A model generated the notes under the pieces. The model was not told the origin of the DNA. It was given only the letters and a program-made list of their open reading frames with translations, and searched no databases. This document shows positions 51,326 to 61,650 of a stretch of 64,000 nt of DNA, in pieces (within the stretch, counting starts at the first letter, position 1; every line of letters starts with the position of its first letter). The translations under genes and the position numbers were made by a program. The stretch comes from Mobula hypostoma (Eukaryota). The stretch spans positions 28,398,001 through 28,462,000 of the forward strand of contig NC_086109.1 of NCBI RefSeq assembly GCF_963921235.1, given 5' to 3'.

Positions 51326-54300
51326 TCAGAACCCCGCCCCAGCCTTCCCTCCATACCCCCTGACCCCCGTAGCCACAAGGGCCATATCTAACTCCCTCTT
51401 AAATATAGCCAATGAACTGGCCTCAACTGTTTCCTGTGGCAGAGAATTCCACAGATTCACCACTCTCTGTGTGAAGAAGTTTTTCCTAATCTCGGTCCTA
51501 AAAGGCTTCCCCTCTATCCTCAAACTGTGACCCCTCGTTCTGGACTTCCCCAACATCGGGAACAATCTTCCTGCATCTAGCCTGTCCAATCCCTTTAAGA
51601 TCTTATACGTTTCAATCAGATCCCCCCTCAATCTTCTAAATTCCAACGAGTACAAGCCCAATTCATCCAGTCTTTCTTCATATGAAAGTCCTGCCATCCC
51701 AGGAATCAATCTGGTGAACCTTCTTTCTACTCTCTCTATGGCAAAGATGTCTTTCCTCAGATTAGGGGACCAAAACTGCACACAATACTCCAGGTGTGGT
51801 CTCACCAAGGCCTTGTACAACTGCAGTAGTACCTCCCTGCTCCTGTACTCGAATCCTCTCGCAATAAATGCCAGCATACCATTCGCCTTTTTCACCGCCT
51901 GCTGTACCTGCATGCCCACTTTCAATGACTGGTGTATAATGACACCCAGGTCTCGTTGCACCTCCCCTTTTCCTAATCGGCCACCATTCAGATAATAATC
52001 TGTTTTCCTATTTTTGCCACCAAAGTGGATAACTTCACATTTATCCACATTAAATTGCATCTGCCATGAATTTGCCCACTCACCCAACCTATCCAAGTCA
52101 CCCTGCATCCTTTTAGCATCCTCCTCACTGCTAACACTGCCACCCAGCTTCGTGTCATCCGCAAACTTGGAGATGCTGCATTTAATTCCCTCATCCAAGT
52201 CATTAATATATATTGTAAACAACTGGGGTCCCAGCACTGAGCCTTGCGGTACCCCACTAGTCACCGCCTGCCATTCTGAAAAGGTCCCGTTTATTCCCAC
52301 TCTTTGCTTCCTGTCTGCTAACCAATTCTCCACCCACACCAATACCTTACCCCCAATACCGTGTGCTTTAAGTTTGCACACTAATCTCCTGTGTGGGACC
52401 TTGTCAAAAGCCTTTTGAAAATCCAAATACACCACATCCACTGCTTCTCCCCTATCCACTCTACTAGTTACATCCTCAAAAAATTCTATGAGATTCGTCA
52501 GACATGATTTTCCTTTCACAAATCCATGCTGACTTTGTCCGATCATTTCACCGCTTTCCAAATGTGCTGTTATCACATCCTTGATAACTGACTCCAGCAG
52601 TTTCCCCACCACCGACGTTAGGCTAACCGGTCTATAATTCCCCGGTTTCTCTCTCCCTCCTATTTTAAAAAGTGGGGTTACATTAGCCACCCTCCAATCC
52701 TCAGGAACTAGTCCAGAATCTAACGAGTTTTGAAAAATTATCACTAATGCTTCCACTATTTCTTGGGCTACTTCTTTAAGCACTCTAGGATGCAGACCAT
52801 CTGGCCCTGGGGATTTATCTGCCTTCAATCCTTTCAATTTACCTAACACCACTTCCCTACTAACATGTATTTCGCTCAGTTCCTCCATCCCACTGGACCC
52901 TCTGTCCCTTACTATTTCTGGAAGATTATTTATGTCCTCCTTAGTGAAGACAGAACCAAAGTAACTATTCAATTGGTCTGCCATGTCCTTGCTCCCCATA
53001 ATCAATTCACATGTTTCTGTCTGCAGGGGACCTACATTTGTCTTTATCAGTCTTTTCCTTTTTACATATCTATAAAAGCTTTTACAGTCCGTTTTTATGT
53101 TCCCTGCCAGTTTTCTCTCATAATCTTTTTTCCCCTTCCTAATTAAGCCCTTTGTCCTCCTCTGCTGAACTCTGAATTTCTCCCAGTCCTCAGGTGAGCC
53201 ACTTTCTCTGGCTAATTTGTATGCTTCTTCTTTGGAATTGATACTATCCCTAATTTCTCTTGTCAGCCACGGGTGCACTACCTTCCTTGATTTATTCTTT
53301 TGCCAAACTGGGATGAACAATTGTTGTAGTTCATCCATGCAACCTTTAAATGCTTGCCATTGCATATCCACCGTCAATCCTTTAAGTGTCATTTGCCAGT
53401 CTATCTTAGCTAATTCACATCTCATACCTTCAAAGTTACCCCTCTTTAAGTTCAGAACCTTTGTTTCTGAATTAACTATGTCACTCTCCATCTTAATGAA
53501 GAATTCCACCATATTATGGTCACTCTTACCCAAGGGGCCTCTCACGACAAGATCGCTAATTAACCCTTCCTCATTGCTCAAAACCCAGTCCAGAATAGCC
53601 TGCTCTCTAGTTGGTTCCTCGACATGTTGGTTCAAAAAACCATCCCGCATACATTCCAAGAAATCCTCTTCCTCAGCACCTTTACCAATTTGGTTCACCC
53701 AGTCTACATGTAGATTGAAGTCACCCATTATAACTGCTGTTCCTTTATTGCACACATTTCTAATTTCCTGTTTAATACCATCTCTGACCTCACTACTACT
53801 GTTAGGTGGCCTGTACACAACTCCCACCAGCGTCTTCTGCCCCTTGGTGTTACGCAGCTCTACCCATATCGATTCCACATCTTCCCGGCTTATGTCCTTC
53901 CTTTCTATTGCGTTAATCTCTTCTTTAACCAGCAACGCCACCCCACCTACCCTTCCTTCATGTCTATCCCTCCTGAATATTGAATATCCCTGAACGTTGA
54001 GCTCCCATCCCTGGTCACCCTGGAGCCATGTCTCTGTGATCCCAACTATATCATAATCATTAATAACAATCTGCACTTTCAATTCATCCACCTTATTACG
54101 AATGCTCCTTGCATTGACACATAAAGCCTTCAGGCGCTCTTTTACAACTCTCTTAGCCCTTATACAATTATGTTGAAAAGTGGCCCTTTTTAATGCTTGC
54201 CCTGGATTTGTCGGCCTGCCACTTTTACTTTTCTCCTTTGTACTTTTTGCTTCTACCCTCACTTTACACCCCTCTGTCTCTCTGCACTGGTTCCCATCCC

Positions 54301-54358
54301 TCTGTCGTGAACTAACCTCCTCACGCCTAGCCTCTTTAATTTGATTCCCACCCCCCAA
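51326..54358 (-). CDS. CR1 ORF2: apurinic-like endonuclease plus reverse transcriptase (true start uncertain)
   Basis: 1010 codons without a stop; APE motifs VNARS, ITETW, GDFN, ILDWVL, SDH; RT motifs YLDFQKAFDKVPH, GVPQGSVLGP, KFADD; CR1 C-terminus RTRGHSL..FFTQRVVNLWNSLP. Confidence 0.95.
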   Translation of the reverse strand: MGGGNQIKEARREEVSSRQRDGNQCRETEGCKVRVEAKSTKEKSKSGRPTNPGQALKRATFQHNCIRAKRVVKERLKALCVNARSIRNKVDELKVQIVINDYDIVGITETWLQGDQGWELNVQGYSIFRRDRHEGRVGGVALLVKEEINAIERKDISREDVESIWVELRNTKGQKTLVGVVYRPPNSSSEVRDGIKQEIRNVCNKGTAVIMGDFNLHVDWVNQIGKGAEEEDFLECMRDGFLNQHVEEPTREQAILDWVLSNEEGLISDLVVRGPLGKSDHNMVEFFIKMESDIVNSETKVLNLKRGNFEGMRCELAKIDWQMTLKGLTVDMQWQAFKGCMDELQQLFIPVWQKNKSRKVVHPWLTREIRDSINSKEEAYKLARESGSPEDWEKFRVQQRRTKGLIRKGKKDYERKLAGNIKTDCKSFYRYVKRKRLIKTNVGPLQTETCELIMGSKDMADQLNSYFGSVFTKEDINNLPEIVRDRGSSGMEELSEIHVSREVVLGKLKGLKADKSPGPDGLHPRVLKEVAQEIVEALVIIFQNSLDSGLVPEDWRVANVTPLFKIGGREKPGNYRPVSLTSVVGKLLESVIKDVITAHLESGEMIGQSQHGFVKGKSCLTNLIEFFEDVTSRVDRGEAVDVVYLDFQKAFDKVPHRRLVCKLKAHGIGGKVLVWVENWLADRKQRVGINGTFSEWQAVTSGVPQGSVLGPQLFTIYINDLDEGIKCSISKFADDTKLGGSVSSEEDAKRMQGDLDRLGEWANSWQMQFNVDKCEVIHFGGKNRKTDYYLNGGRLGKGEVQRDLGVIIHQSLKVGMQVQQAVKKANGMLAFIARGFEYRSREVLLQLYKALVRPHLEYCVQFWSPNLRKDIFAIERVERRFTRLIPGMAGLSYEERLDELGLYSLEFRRLRGDLIETYKILKGLDRLDAGRLFPMLGKSRTRGHSLRIEGKPFRTEIRKNFFTQRVVNLWNSLPQETVEASSLAIFKRELDMALVATGVRGYGGKAGAGF

Positions 54359-54363
54359 CCATT

Positions 54364-55156
54364 CTAGTTTAAAGTCACTTCAGTAGCCCTCGCTAATCTC
54401 CCTGCCAGGATGTTGGTCCCCCTAGGATTCAAGTGTAACCCGTCCTTTTTGTACAGGTCATGCCTGCGCCAAAAGAGGTCCCAATGATCCAAAAACTTGA
54501 ATCCCTGCCCCCTGCTCCAATCCCTCAGCCACGCATTTATCCTCCACCTCATCGCATTCCTACTCTCACTGTCGCGTGGCACAGGCAGTAATCCCGAGAT
54601 TACTACCTTTGCGGTCCTTTTTCTCAACTCCCTTCCTAGCTCCCTATATTCTCCTTTCAGGACCTCATCCCTTTTCCTACCTATATCATTGGTACCTATA
54701 TGTACCACGACCTCTGGCTCCTCACCCTCCCACTTCAGGATATCTTGGACACGATCAGAAATATCCCGGACCCTGGCACCAGGGAGGCAAACTACCATCC
54801 GGGTCTCTGGACTGCGTCCACAGAATCGCCTATCTGACCCCCTTACTATCGAGTCCCCTATCACAACTGCCCTTCTCTTCCTTGCCCTACCCTTCTGAGC
54901 TACAGGGCCAGACTCTGTGCCGGAGGCACGGCCACTGTCGCTTCCCCCGGATAAGCTGTCCCCCCCAACAGTACTCAAACAGGAGTACCTGTTGTTAAGG
55001 GGCACAGCCACCGGGGTACTCCCCATCACCTGATTTTCCCCTTCCCCCTCCTAACCGTGACCCACTTGTCTGCCTCCCGTGGCCCCGGCGTGACCACCTG
55101 CCTTCCACTCTTCTCTATCACCTCCTCACTCTCCCTGACCAGACAAAGGTCATCGA
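54364..55156 (-). pseudogene. CR1 ORF1 C-terminal part with SGNH/GDSL esterase domain; 5'-truncated, frameshift near 55035
   Basis: Blocks VIGDSIVRG, VCLPGARV, VHIGTNDI, DGLHLN; upstream residues DDLCLVRESEEVIEKSGRQVVTPGPREADKWVTVRRGKG lie in a shifted frame up to ~55156. Confidence 0.9.
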
Positions 55157-55469
55157 AGAATATAGATAGAGACTTTTCTCTAAATTACAATTTGGAACAG
55201 ATAATTGTTGATTAACAGATGGATGCTAAAACAATGGCTATGCTGTGTTGAACTTGATTAAGTAAGAGCATTTCCTCATTTCCTAGCCAAATCCATATAT
55301 GGGCAAGCTAAAATAAGCACTTCCGTTTGAAATTAATACAATTGTCAAATACTGAGAAGTGTTTCTCTTTTTGAACCACAAGGATCATCTTAAAACACCA
55401 GCAGCCCTAAATGGCATCGTTGGGTGGTTAATTGTTGAATTTTTGTGTTTCTACCAAAGATTTGGTCAT

Positions 55470-56333
55470 CTTCCGGTCAAGATGGCACCAGCATACAATG
55501 CTTTCTCAGTCAATATTTTCCAGATACCCCACAAAAATGTCTATTTTACTTTTATATCTGATTTTTTTTTTATCTTAAATGTATTTCTGGAACTATTAGA
55601 GCCTGTGATTTACTGATTTACTGACTGGAGATCATTTGAGTGATCCAGCGCTTCGCTGTCTTCAAGAAGATTCCGAAAAGTAAGCAAGTACTTGGATGGC
55701 CTCGAGACAAAGAAACTTTAAAATGGGGCACGAGCAAATGTTCAATTCTATTTAGCCGATTAAAGCATCCATTATGGCTGATTAAAGCATCGAGGAAGAT
55801 TGAGACATCAAGACAAATGCTGAAGGCAAGTGAGAGTTCACACCAACTGCTTTCCTTTTGATCACTGTCGGAGAAGGAAACTGTGAGTGGCCTTTCACTG
55901 TGTGGCTTTCTGTGGCAGGCGGGAAGGCCTCTGCGCTCGTGTGGTATCTTTCTCTTCATTGATGAAGAAAGATGCTACCACGGTTCTGCGTTATGGATTG
56001 GACTACTGTGTTTATGGACTGTGGACTTTCTCAGACTTATGCTTTTTATATTCTGTGCTTTTTGCCCTTTTTTTTCATTTTGTGCGAGGGGAGGGGGTTT
56101 GGGGTAGTTGATGTTCTTGTTCCATTTTGTTCAGGGACAAGGGTGTTTGAGGTTTGACGATTGGGATTCCATTTGTTTTTGTGCAGGGGTGGGTTTGACG
56201 TTTCTCACTGAATGACTTTCACGTTCTTTCGTTGTTTCATGGCTATCTGAAGAAGACAAATCTCCAAAATGTATATATGGATACATCCTTCGATAATGAA
56301 TTAACCTTTGAACCTTTGATCTTTGACCTTTGA
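55470..56333 (+). mobile_element. Similarly built non-coding repeat, different body
   Basis: Head CTTCCGGTCAAGATGGC; tail aacctttgaacctttgatctttga. Confidence 0.65.
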
Positions 56334-56624
56334 AGAGAAGCAAAGATATAGTTTACGTATCCATTAATCATCAGTTCTAATCTGCAATTAATTGCCAGAT
56401 AAACATATGACATTAAATGTAAATTTTTGACTGTTAAGATTACCTCCAACACATTTTTGTGCCCAGATGCAATGATGTGTATCTTTGCCACCTTAAAGAT
56501 CACCTGCCACATCATAGACATTTATTTTCATAGATGCTCCTGACCTGGTGAGTTCCTGTAGCTCTTTGTGTGTAATGATAGGCATTCAGTGTTTGATAAA
56601 ACACATTAACTTCTGTTCCCATCT

Positions 56625-57430
56625 ACTCATGTTCCATGGTTTCATGTTCCTCCCCCACCCTCCCCCCATTGAGTTTGGAGGAAGTGGGAAGAGCCAGAGG
56701 AGAAATTGTTAAGGGTAAGGACAGGTTCTGCCAGATGGACGAGGGTGATGGCAGGGAGCAAATAGCTAGGTGCTTTGTCAAGAAAGAAGCGGAGAGCCTT
56801 AAGGCTTTCCTGGTGGGGGACAGAAATGCATAATAACTGGACATCCATGGTAAAATGAGGCAGCCAGGTCCAGTGAATTGTAAATTGCCGAGGAGATCGA
56901 GGGTATGTCAAGTGTTGTGGAAGCAGGTGGGAAAGGACTGAACAAAGGAGGACAGAATGGAGTCAAGGTAGGTGGACTCGAGCTCAGTGGGCCAGGAGTA
57001 GGCAGAGACATGTGCCTACCTGGACAGTCAGGATTGTGAATCTTGGGCATGTTAAAGGAACTATGAGTTTGGTTGCTGTGAAGGTGAGCTCTCCAGATTT
57101 GGTGAGGTTAGTGATGGTGCAGGGGTCAGTTGCCGAATGCTTCAGACTGGGGTCCTTATCAGGGGTAAGTAAGAGGAGGTGTCTGACAGCCATTATCTTC
57201 AGCTCATTGTGGCATCTGTCAAACACCTCCCAGCCTCTGTCACTATTTCCACCCATTCTCTGATTCCTTCTGTCAATCAACTCCTGACCTCGATCCATCT
57301 ATCACTTACTAGCTCTTGCCCACCTTCCCTCTACTCCTTCAGTTATGATAAAGAGCTTTGAGCCGTAATGTTGACTGTCTATGACCAGTTTCTGCCTAAC
57401 TCACGGAGTTCCTCCTGTAGTTTGTTTTAC
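56625..57430 (-). mobile_element. Degraded Penelope RT fragment with inverted terminal repeat
   Basis: FTMDVQLLCISVPHQESLKALRFFL..LAEPVLTLNNFSSGSSHFLQT (PLE RT motifs); decayed terminal repeat on plus at ~57230-57430. Confidence 0.75.
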
Positions 57431-58560
57431 TTTTTTCTTTAAAAGGTAACCCTTTTGGGCAGTTCAAATCTTTTACTTTGCATGATATAAAGTAGAAGAT
57501 TATTGAGGATAATTTGAACTGATGCACATTAAAGGTTGAAGCAGATCGTGAAGTCAATTAAAATTCTGAAGAGAATAGTCCCAATGTACCGGTGCTGATG
57601 AGGGTGAGTATTCAGGACTGAATACAAATTAAATGGGATGCTTTGTTACAGATGGTTGGGACCTTGAAAGTTGGAACTGTACTCATCCAGACAGTGGAAC
57701 TATTGTATCATACTCCAGACCAGTCAATTTGTGGAAAGACTTCAAGAAACACATTCTCAATTTCACCTCAAGTTCATCAGCAAATTATTTAAATGAACAT
57801 TCAGTCTTAATCTGAAAGTTATAAAATCTGGATCATTTGGAAATGTGTCAGTGCATGTGTCATTTCTAAAAAAATTGTAACTTTTAACTTTACTTAGATT
57901 TTGTAAATACTTCACCTTTCTTTGAATAGCTTTGTGTTTTTGTGATTTCTTAAATAGACAGTTGGAGAGAGTTTGCATTGATCAAAATCATTGTCCAATT
58001 TGAAATATTGCTTTAAAGGAAGTAGGCTGAAATATGTAAATAACTCATAGTCCCTGTTGTAATCCGCTTTTCTATAAGTTCTCATATGAACTTGCTTTAT
58101 TTAACAAAAGCAAAATAGTGCAGATGCTGGAAAATCTCAAAAGGTCAAGCAGTGGCTGCACAAAGAGATACAAAGATAAAATTTTGTATTGATGATCAGT
58201 TCAGTTCAAACTAAAAAGTTGACACTTTTTTTCACTGTGTTAATTTTTTTCCGTATTTCCAGCTGTTTTTTTTGTTTTCATTCATTAGAAGTTTGATTAA
58301 ATAAAGAGAGACTAAATGGCTGAAACTTATTCAATTGTTCAATTGCTTATTTCAGCAGAACATAACTGAACTAGATTTTTCATGAAGTGAACCATAATAG
58401 AACCCAACTCTGGATTCTATTGCATCACCCCAAAAATACAATTAGGCACTTACTCTCATGAATCGTGACTTTGTGCCAGATGAGCATCTGTACTATTGTA
58501 TTGCCAGGAAAATTGGACCATGATATTTTTATTGTAACTGTTGAATTTTATAGAACTAAA

Positions 58561-58688
58561 TTCTATAAATTGTTCTATAAATCTATAAATTCTATAAATA
58601 AGTTCTATAAATTGTTCTATAAATCTATCAATTCTATATACAAGTTCTATAAATTGTTCTATAAATCTATAAATTCTATAAATAAGTT
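58561..58688. repeat. 42-bp tandem repeat, 3 copies, built from TTCTATAAAT subunits
   Basis: Unit ttctataaattgttctataaatctataaattctataaataag. Confidence 0.95.
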
Positions 58689-58729
58689 GTCTCTCAGAAC
58701 AATAGTACATGGCAATACATAACAATAAA

Positions 58730-59610
58730 ACTCTAAATTGCAATAATTATATGTAAAACAGAAAAAATAAATTATATAAGTAGTGCAAAAAGAGAGGAAA
58801 AAGTACTGACGGGTTCATGGGTTTATTGTCCATTCAGAAATCTGATGGTGGAGGGGAAAAAGCTGTTCCTGAAATGTTGAGTGTGCGTCTTCAGGGTCCT
58901 GTATCTTCTCCTTGATGGTAGAAGTGAAAAAAGGGGCATGGCCTGGGTGATGGGGGTCTTAATGATGGGCCTGGGTGATGGGGGTCTTAATGATGGAAGC
59001 CACCTTTTTGGAGGTGTCCTAGATGCTGAGGAGGCTAGTGCCCAAGATGGAGCTGGAATTGTTTACAGCTTTCTGCAGCTTTTTCCAATCCTGTGTAGTA
59101 TCCATATTCTGATCCTCCATATGAGGCAGTGATACAACCAGCTAGAATGCTCTCCATGATACATCTGTAGAAAGTTGCGGGTGTCTTTGGTGACATACCA
59201 GTTCTCCTCAAACTCCTAATGAAATATAGCCATTGTTGTGCCTTCTTAGTAATTGAATCAATATGTAGGGCCCAGGAAACTGTAAAATCCTCAGAGATGT
59301 TCAGATCCTCAGGAACTTGAAGCTGATCACTCTTTCCACTTTTGATCCCTCGATAAGGACCAGTGTACGTTCCCTCCACTTACTCTTCCTGGTCCACAAT
59401 CAATTCTTTGGTCTTAGTGATGTTGAGTGCAAGGTTGTTGCTACAACACCACTCAATCACCTAATCTATCTTGATTTTGTATGTCTCCATATAACCATCT
59501 GAAATTTGGACAACAGTAGTTGTGTCATCGGCAAATTTATAGATGGAGTTTGGGCTGTGCTGAGCCACACAATTGTGGGTGTAGAGGGAAAGTAGAGCAG
59601 TGGGCTAAGC
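58730..59610 (-). mobile_element. Degraded Rex1/Babar-type LINE fragment
   Basis: ORF 59035-59379 HIDSITKKAQQWLYFIRSLRR..FYRCIMESILAGCITA; KFADD on minus near 59530. Confidence 0.8.
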
Positions 59611-59984
59611 ACTGTTATAATCTACTGTACTCTGGTCTGCTGACTGTATAATACTAACATCCAATATGTACTGATCTTTCATAACTTTGCCTTAATCAGT
59701 CTTATTCTTGACAACCAATCTTCTTCCTTCAGTCGTCATCATCAGGGCCTCATGCCCCATCACCATCCATCCAATCAAGTTCTGGTAGATTTGGCATGTC
59801 ATTTAAAACTTTGACAAACTTCTACACTTGCACAGTTGAGAATATCCAGACTAGTTGCATGGAAGCACCAATGGCCAGCAATGGAAAAGTCTACAAAATG
59901 TAGTGGATGCAGTCCTCTCAGGCACAGGCAAAGCCCTCCCCACCATAGAGCACATTCACAAGGAGTACTGCCTCAAGAAAGCAG

Positions 59985-60507
59985 CAGACATCCCACCCTG
60001 CAAAAACTCATTTCAGGGAGGTAGCACCATCAATTTGTGGGAGACTCCCGGAACTTCAGGGAGAGGTGGGATGTCTGCAATAGAGTAGCACCTTAGCAGC
60101 TAACCAGCTAGTTTAAATAACGTTAGCTATGGTAATGAACGAATGACACCTGTTAAGCTCACCTCAACATGTCTTTTACAGTCTTAACCCACCATGGGCG
60201 ATAGAAAAGGCACTGTTGCAAACAGTGCAGCGAGCAACACTGTCATTATTGTTCACCCCTATTAGGCAGGGGTACACTTTAGGGTAGTCTGGGGTGACGT
60301 ATGTTTTATATTTTCTTTTTTTTGGAACACCCTGCCATGGCATGCTCTGTCTCTCTCTCTCTCGCGCTCTTGTGGTCGGTCTCGCGCTCACTCGCATTCT
60401 CTCAAAAAAATTGATTTCCGGGACATTTTATATAATTTGCGGGCATCAGGGAGCCACTATTAATATGCGGAAGACTCCCAGAACTTCCGGGAGAGGTGGG
60501 ATGTCTG
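59985..60507 (-). mobile_element. Non-autonomous hAT-like DNA transposon with 6-bp TSD, inserted in a Rex1 fragment (~59790-60660)
   Basis: TIR CAGACATCCCACC / GGTGGGATGTCTG; TSD AAGCAG at 59979-59984 and 60508-60513; BED-finger-like ARCTVCNSAFSIAHGG on minus. Confidence 0.85.
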
Positions 60508-61084
60508 AAGCAGTATCCAACTTCAAGGATCCCATTATCCAGGCCATGCTCTCTTCTTGCTACAACATTCAGGCAGGAGGTACAGGAGCTTTAAATCCTA
60601 CATCACCAGGTTCAGGAATAATCATTACTCTATAACCATCAGGCTCCTGAACCAGCATGTGTAACTCCCAATCTGGATTACTCCTCTGCATCGACATGTT
60701 TCCCTAATTTTGCCCCAGACTCATTTAAGCATCCTCGTAGGTACTGATTGGACCTTGAAGTTCTTGTTTACCCCAAACCTCTGGTCCAAACTAAGGATCT
60801 GAAACTTTGTACAGTACCTAAAATCTATATGGGATGCCACAGCAACATACATTTCACAGCATACTGCATTTTCCATCGCAATGAATTTGATGCAGAACAA
60901 AATTCATCGTCAGTGATGTGTTTCTCATACATAAAAATAGCTTCAAAAATTGGAACTCGGTTTCAGCTCATTATTATCAATAGAACTGATGTTGAGGAAT
61001 AGAGCACACAAACAAAATAACATCATATATTCAGTGCACACAGCTTTGTTACAAACTAAAGTCAAAAATTCCTCTTCTTGCTTC

Positions 61085-61650
61085 AATGTTACGCTAAGTT
61101 TTTACAAGACGTTGGTGAGGCCAAATTTGGAATATTGTGTGCAGTTCCAGTCACTTACCTACAGGAAAGATAGCAATGAGCTTGAAAGAGTGCAGAGGAA
61201 ATTTACAAGGATGCTGCTGGGATATGAGGACATGAATTACAGAGAAAGGTTGAATAGCTTAGGATGTTATTCCCTGGAGTGCAGGAGAATGAAGGGACAT
61301 CATTGAGAGTGGTATACATTGTGTGAATGCATGTAGGCCTTTTCCTCTCAGGTTGAATGAGACTAGAAATAGACATCATATTTTTAAGGTGATACGTGAA
61401 GCATTTAAGGGAACCTGAGGTGGAACTTCTTCACTTAGTGTGGTGTGAATGTGGAACTAGCTGCCAGCAGAAGTGGTAGATGTGAGTTCAATTGTAGCAT
61501 TTAGGACGAATTTAAATAAGTAATCTATGGGAGGAATATGGGGAGATATAGCCTCGGTGCCCGTAGATGGGATCAGACAGAAAATCAGGTCAGCATGAAC
61601 TAGGTGAGATAAAGAGCATGTTTCTGTGCTGCAGTACTTTACGACTCTGT
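61085..61650 (+). mobile_element. Old CR1 3' fragment
   Basis: FYKTLVRPNLEYCVQF..LERVQRKFTRML. Confidence 0.85.

Larger units (their letters stand above)
51233..55156 (-). mobile_element. Young CR1-clade LINE, 5'-truncated within ORF1, ORF2 uninterrupted
   Basis: Partial esterase ORF1 plus APE-RT ORF2; short 3' UTR ending in a (TTTCTATG)n tail at ~51233-51250; flanking direct repeat AATATAGA at 51225-51232 and 55159-55166. Confidence 0.96.

Noticed and set aside
53217..53993. 258-aa plus-strand ORF, and similar ones at 47177-47869, 52014-52418, 54497-54998 and 33991-34506
   Set aside because: Antisense shadows of the CR1 ORFs, repeated in each copy, with no independent motifs
58561..58688. 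CRISPR-like periodic array
   Set aside because: Head-to-tail repeats without unique spacers; eukaryotic context; no cas genes
58456..58743. ORFs with repeated peptide YRFIEQFIEL / KFYKLFYKSINSI
   Set aside because: Translation of the 42-bp AT-rich tandem repeat
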